Under the pieces are notes generated by a model. It did no database searches. It was not told the origin of the DNA and saw only the letters and a program-made list of their open reading frames with translations. Positions 59,644 through 64,000 of a stretch of 64,000 nt of DNA are shown piece after piece; position 1 is the first letter of the stretch, and every line of letters starts with the position of its first letter. The stretch is taken from the NCBI GenBank assembly GCA_963695095.1, contig CAVOFT010000001.1, positions 2,368,001-2,432,000 of the forward strand, read 5' to 3'. The translations under genes and the position numbers were made by a program. Source of the stretch: an uncultured bacterium. GTDB lineage: Bacteria; Krumholzibacteriota; Krumholzibacteriia; JACNKJ01.

Positions 59644-62382
59644 CTAGAGGCTGCGGGCGATCTCCTCGGTCACGTAGGCCTCGAGGGTGTCGCCCTCCTT
59701 GATGTCCTGGAAGTCGACGAGGCTGAGTCCGCACTCGAAGCCGGCCTCCACCTTGCCGACATCGTCCTTGAAGCGCTTGAGGCTGGCCAGGCGCCGCGTG
59801 CTGAGAATGACGCCGTCGCGCAGCACGCGGATCGTCGAATTGCGCTCGATGACGCCGTCCTGCACGTAGCAGCCGGCCACCGCGCCGAACTTCGGTACCC
59901 GGAACACCTGGCGCACCTCGGCGGTGCCGGTGACGGTCTCCTTGATCTCGGGTCGCAGCAGGCCGCCCATGGCCTGCTTGATCTCCTCCACGGCCTCGTA
60001 GATGATGTCGTAGGTGCGGATCTCCACGTGCTCGCGCTTGGCCAGCTCCCGCACGGACACCTGCGGCCGCACGTTGAAGCCGATGATGATGGCGCTCGAA
60101 GCGGCGGCGAGCAGGACGTCGCTTTCCGTCACCGTGCCCACCGACTTGTGGATGATGGTCACCTTCACTTCGCCCGTGGACAGCTTCTGGAAGTTGTCGC
60201 TCATCGCCTCGACGGAGCCCGACACGTCGCCCTTGAGCACGAGGTTCAGCTCCTGGACCTCGCCCTTGCTGATCTGCCCGTAGAGCTCGTCCAGGGTCAG
60301 GCGGCGCTGGTAGCGGATCTCCTGCTCGCGGCGCAGCTGCTGCCGCTTCACGGAGATCTCGCGGGCCTTCACTTCGGACTCGGCCTCGTTGAAGATGTCG
60401 CCGGCCTCGGGCACGTCGCTGGCGCCGAGGATCTCCACCGGCATCGCCGGCCCGGCCTCCTCGATGCGCTCGCCCCACTCGTTGATCATCGCGCGCACGG
60501 TGCCGTAGTGCATGCCGACGGCGAAGGGGGCGCCGACGCGCAGCGTGCCCTGCTGCACGAGCACCGTGAAGACGACGCCGCGGCCGGGGTCCTTGCGCGC
60601 CTCGACGACCGTGCCCTTGACGGGCAGGCGGGGCGCACCCTTGAGTTCGAGGAGATCCGCCTGCAGCAGCACGATCTCCAGCAGCTTGTCCACGCCCTGG
60701 CCGAACTTGGCCGAGATGGGCACGGTCACCGTCTCGCCGCCGAAGTCCTCCACGGTCACGCTGTGCTTGAGCAGCTCCTGCTTGACGCGGTCCGGATTGG
60801 CCGCCGGCAGGTCCATCTTGTTGATGGCGACGATGATGGGCACCTTGCCCGCCTTGGCGTGGTCGATGGCCTCCACCGTCTGCGGCATCACGCCGTCATC
60901 GGCGGCGACGACCAGGATGACGAGGTCGGTGACCAGGGTGCCGCGCGCGCGCATGGCCGTGAAGGCGGCGTGGCCCGGCGTGTCGAGGAAGGTGATGCGG
61001 CCGCCCGGCAGCTGCACCGAGTAGGCGCCGATGTGCTGCGTGATGGCGCCCGCTTCGCCCTCGGCCACCTTGGCCTGGCGGATGTAGTCGAGCAGCTTCG
61101 TCTTGCCGTGATCGACGTGGCCCATCACGGTCACGACCGGCGCCCGCGGCTCCAGATCCTCGGGCGCGATCTCCACGGGGACTTCGTCGCCGATCTCGCT
61201 GAACTCGCTGATGAACTCCACTTCGACTTCATACTGGTTGGCGATCAGCTCGATGTCCTCGCGCTCGAGGCGCTGGTTGATCGTCACCATCAGCCCGTTG
61301 CGCAGACAGGTGGCGATCACCTCGTTCTGGGGCACCTGCATGGCGTTGGCCAGCTCGGAGAGGGTGGACAAGGGCAGAATGCGCAGGCGGTCTGCTTGCA
61401 CGGTGGTGCGCTCCTCGCCGGTGAGCACAGGCGCGCCGCCGGTGCCGCGCCGGCGCTGCTTGCGCCCGCCGCGGCCATCCATGGTGGCCATCGCCTGGCG
61501 GACGCTCTTGCGGATCTCCTGCTCGTCGCGGTCGCCCTTCTTCTTCACGCGCTTCTTGCCGCGACCGGCGGCTGCATCGGGAGCCGGCGGCGGCGGGCCG
61601 CCCATGCCGCGGCCGGGACCCGGGCCGGGGCGCATGGCCCCGCCGCGCGGGGCGCCAGGACGGCGCAGGCCCGGCGAGGTGAACTCGCCCGAGGGCCGCA
61701 TGCCGCGATTCTTGAGCAGCTCGTCGCGGTCGGGGGCGCCCGGCTCCATGCCCGGGGCGTAGCGGATGACGCGCGGCTTGTCCTCCGGCGCGGGCTCAGG
61801 CTCCGGCGGCGGCAGGGCAGCCTTCGCCTCGGCGGCCCGGGCCGCGGCGGCCTCCTGTTCGGCGCGCTTGACGACCTGAACGCCCTTGCGATCGCCGCTG
61901 GGCCGCGGGGCCGGCGACGAGGGCGACTCGACGATCGGGTCGCTGGGCAGCGGCACCTGCGGGGGCGCGGGCGGCGCTGCCGCCTTCGCCGGCGCGGCGG
62001 GCGCCTCGACCGGGGTGGCGGCGGGCGCCTGCTTGACGGCCTTCTTCGTCGCCTTCTTCGTCGCCTTCTTGACGGTCTTCTTCGCTGCCGGTGCGGCGGG
62101 GGACTCCGCCGTGTCGGCGCCAGGCGCTGTCTTGACCGCTTTCTTGGTGGCCTTCTTGACGGCCTTCTTGACGACCTTCTTGGCCGCCGGCGAACCGGCC
62201 GGCGCCGCGCCCTCGGCGGCTGCCGCGGGCGCAGCGAAGCGGCGGTCGATGGCCTCCTGCATCTCGGGGCTGACCGGCGACATGTGGCTCTTGACGTCGA
62301 AACCCTGATCGCGCAGGTAGTGCACGACGTCGACGCCCTTGACCCCCAGCGCCTGCGCGACCTGATAGACTCGCTTCGCCAA
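59644..62382 (-). CDS. infB: Translation initiation factor IF-2
   Basis: GHVDHGKT, DTPGHAAF, NKMD, SLKRFKDDV; TTG start after GGAGG. Confidence 0.97.
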   Translation of the reverse strand: MAKRVYQVAQALGVKGVDVVHYLRDQGFDVKSHMSPVSPEMQEAIDRRFAAPAAAAEGAAPAGSPAAKKVVKKAVKKATKKAVKTAPGADTAESPAAPAAKKTVKKATKKATKKAVKQAPAATPVEAPAAPAKAAAPPAPPQVPLPSDPIVESPSSPAPRPSGDRKGVQVVKRAEQEAAAARAAEAKAALPPPEPEPAPEDKPRVIRYAPGMEPGAPDRDELLKNRGMRPSGEFTSPGLRRPGAPRGGAMRPGPGPGRGMGGPPPPAPDAAAGRGKKRVKKKGDRDEQEIRKSVRQAMATMDGRGGRKQRRRGTGGAPVLTGEERTTVQADRLRILPLSTLSELANAMQVPQNEVIATCLRNGLMVTINQRLEREDIELIANQYEVEVEFISEFSEIGDEVPVEIAPEDLEPRAPVVTVMGHVDHGKTKLLDYIRQAKVAEGEAGAITQHIGAYSVQLPGGRITFLDTPGHAAFTAMRARGTLVTDLVILVVAADDGVMPQTVEAIDHAKAGKVPIIVAINKMDLPAANPDRVKQELLKHSVTVEDFGGETVTVPISAKFGQGVDKLLEIVLLQADLLELKGAPRLPVKGTVVEARKDPGRGVVFTVLVQQGTLRVGAPFAVGMHYGTVRAMINEWGERIEEAGPAMPVEILGASDVPEAGDIFNEAESEVKAREISVKRQQLRREQEIRYQRRLTLDELYGQISKGEVQELNLVLKGDVSGSVEAMSDNFQKLSTGEVKVTIIHKSVGTVTESDVLLAAASSAIIIGFNVRPQVSVRELAKREHVEIRTYDIIYEAVEEIKQAMGGLLRPEIKETVTGTAEVRQVFRVPKFGAVAGCYVQDGVIERNSTIRVLRDGVILSTRRLASLKRFKDDVGKVEAGFECGLSLVDFQDIKEGDTLEAYVTEEIARSL

Positions 62383-62384
62383 CT

Positions 62385-62726
62385 TTACCTCCGTTCAAGC
62401 CCTGACGGCCCCTGGTGCGCAGCAGCGCGCGCCAGGATGCCAGCGGCCAGCGCAGGGTCCGTCACCCCGAGGATGGCCAACTCGCTGCGACCGGCCCAGG
62501 CGCCGAGCGCGATGCGATCGCTCAGCTCCAAGAGCGGCCTGCCGTTCAGGGGCAGTCGCCGCAGCGAGGCGCCCGCATCCCTGGCCAGGAGCACGAGCGC
62601 GCAACGACCGGCGCTCAGGCTCTGCTTCACGGCGCGGTAGCCGATCGCGAGCTGCCCGGCCCGGCGGGCCTGGTGCAGGTAAGGCGCGAGCGCCTTGAGC
62701 AGGTCCGCATCGACATCGTCCGCCAT
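62385..62726 (-). CDS. L7Ae/YlxQ family RNA-binding protein
   Basis: ARRAGQLAIG..V..LVLLARDAG..LGAWAGR; between nusA and infB. Confidence 0.8.
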   Translation of the reverse strand: MADDVDADLLKALAPYLHQARRAGQLAIGYRAVKQSLSAGRCALVLLARDAGASLRRLPLNGRPLLELSDRIALGAWAGRSELAILGVTDPALAAGILARAAAHQGPSGLERR

Positions 62727-62727
62727 C

Positions 62728-64000
62728 TCAGCCCGCGCTCTCCGGCTCCTCGTCCAGGGGCGCCGGCACGGCCTCGGTCTCCTCGCTGACCGGAGCTGGC
62801 GCCCAGGGGTCCACCGCCGGCCCAGAGGCCACTCGGGCAGCCCCCGCGGCGGGTGCCTCGGCCTCAGCTTCGCCCTCAGCCTCGGCTTCCGCCTCGGCAT
62901 CGGCCAGCTTCTCCTCGTTGAAGAGCGGCGTGGCTTGCCGCCGCTCGGCTTCCAGGTCCCGGCGCCGTTTCTCGATGTAGTCCGCGCGCGCCTCGGCGAG
63001 GGCGGCCAGGGCCACCTGCACGCGGCCCTGCAGCTTCTCGGCGGTCTTGGCGCCGATGCCCTCGATCTTCTCCAGATCGGCCTGACTCGCGGCTCCCAGC
63101 TCCTGCACCGTCGCGTAGCCGGCGCCGGCGAGGGCCTCGGCCAGGCGGGGCGTGACGCCTTCGAGCTCGGCCACCTCCATGCGCACCTGCTCGCTGGCCT
63201 CCTCGCGCAGCTTGATGAGTTCGCTGGTGACGAGGTCGATCTTCCAGCCCGTCAGCTTGGCGGCGAGGCGGACGTTCTGGCCCTCCTTGCCGATTGCCAG
63301 CGAGAGCTGATCCTCGGCCACGATCACCTCGAGCGCGCGCTCGTCCCAGTCGGCGACGCGCAGCATGGAGACCATGGCCGGCGCCAGCGCCCGGGATACG
63401 AAAGTGTGGATGTCGTTGTCCCAGGGCACGATGTCGATGCGCTCGCCGCTCAAGGCCTTGACGATGGTCATCACGCGGGCGCCCTTCATGCCGACGCAGG
63501 CACCGACGGCGTCGATGCGGTCGTCCTTGGAGTAGACGGCCACCTTCGAGCGCCAGCCCGGCTCGCGGGCGATGGCCCGGATCTCGACCAGGCCCTCGTA
63601 GACCTCCGGGATCTCCTGCTCGAAGAGGCGCAGCAGCATGTCCGGGTGCGTCCGGCTGAGGATGACCTGCGGCCCGCGCGACTCGCGCTGGACTTCGAGC
63701 ACCAGGCCCTGCACGGTGTCGCCCTGATGCCACTTCTCGCGGCGGATCTGCTCGCGGTAGGGCAGCAGCGCCTCGGCGCGGCCGAGGTTGACCAGCACGT
63801 TGCCCCGGTCCACCTGCTGCACGGTGCCGCTGACGATCTCGCCCACGCGCTTGCTGTATTCGTTGAAGATGCGCTCGCGCTCGGCCTCGCGCACGCCCTG
63901 GACGAGCACCTGCTTGGCGGTGAGGATGGCGTTGCGGCCGAATTCCTTGACGTCCAGGGGGATGCGGATGATGTCCCCCACCTCGGGATCGTCGATGTAC
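62728..64000 (-). CDS. nusA: Transcription factor NusA (5'-truncated by the window edge)
   Basis: S1 domain, AREPGWRSKVAV, GACVGMKG, LAIGKEGQNVRLAAKLTGWKID, C-terminal HhH. Confidence 0.96.
   Translation of the reverse strand, partial: YIDDPEVGDIIRIPLDVKEFGRNAILTAKQVLVQGVREAERERIFNEYSKRVGEIVSGTVQQVDRGNVLVNLGRAEALLPYREQIRREKWHQGDTVQGLVLEVQRESRGPQVILSRTHPDMLLRLFEQEIPEVYEGLVEIRAIAREPGWRSKVAVYSKDDRIDAVGACVGMKGARVMTIVKALSGERIDIVPWDNDIHTFVSRALAPAMVSMLRVADWDERALEVIVAEDQLSLAIGKEGQNVRLAAKLTGWKIDLVTSELIKLREEASEQVRMEVAELEGVTPRLAEALAGAGYATVQELGAASQADLEKIEGIGAKTAEKLQGRVQVALAALAEARADYIEKRRRDLEAERRQATPLFNEEKLADAEAEAEAEGEAEAEAPAAGAARVASGPAVDPWAPAPVSEETEAVPAPLDEEPESAG

Overview
This is a high-GC chromosomal window from a diderm bacterium. 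Every gene from about 960 to 64000 lies on the minus strand; the long plus-strand ORFs are antisense shadows. In transcription order: nusA-ylxQ-infB-DUF503-rbfA-truB-ribF, rpsO-pnp-M16 peptidase-kinase-like gene, a histone H1-like gene, trkH/trkA-type K+ uptake, asnS, a ~1210-aa TPR protein, uvrA, gcvT-H-PA-PB, a lipoate ligase family gene and dppD/F. Next comes a ~14 kb envelope block: TonB-dependent barrel, secreted protein with a T9SS-like C-terminal domain, PorV-family barrel, GWxTD protein, exbB-exbD-exbD-tonB, tolC, ABC ATPase and a second GWxTD protein. It is followed by dppA/B/C, an NlpC/P60 peptidase, an unassigned outer-membrane barrel with a long leader, a rhomboid-TPR gene, radC-mreBCD-mrdA-rodA-lgt-aroE-comF, pgk-tpiA and secG-tRNA-Leu. 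PorV/CTD genes occur together with TTGACA/TAnnnT promoters and Shine-Dalgarno sites, which suggests an FCB-group lineage outside Bacteroidota (inference). About a dozen frameshifts in conserved genes each resolve by removing one base, so they look like long-read insertion errors. The best candidate for an undescribed system is the TBDR/CTD-protein/PorV/GWxTD/Ton block, which sits between the two halves of a peptide ABC transporter. All calls come from reading motifs by eye; no searches were run.
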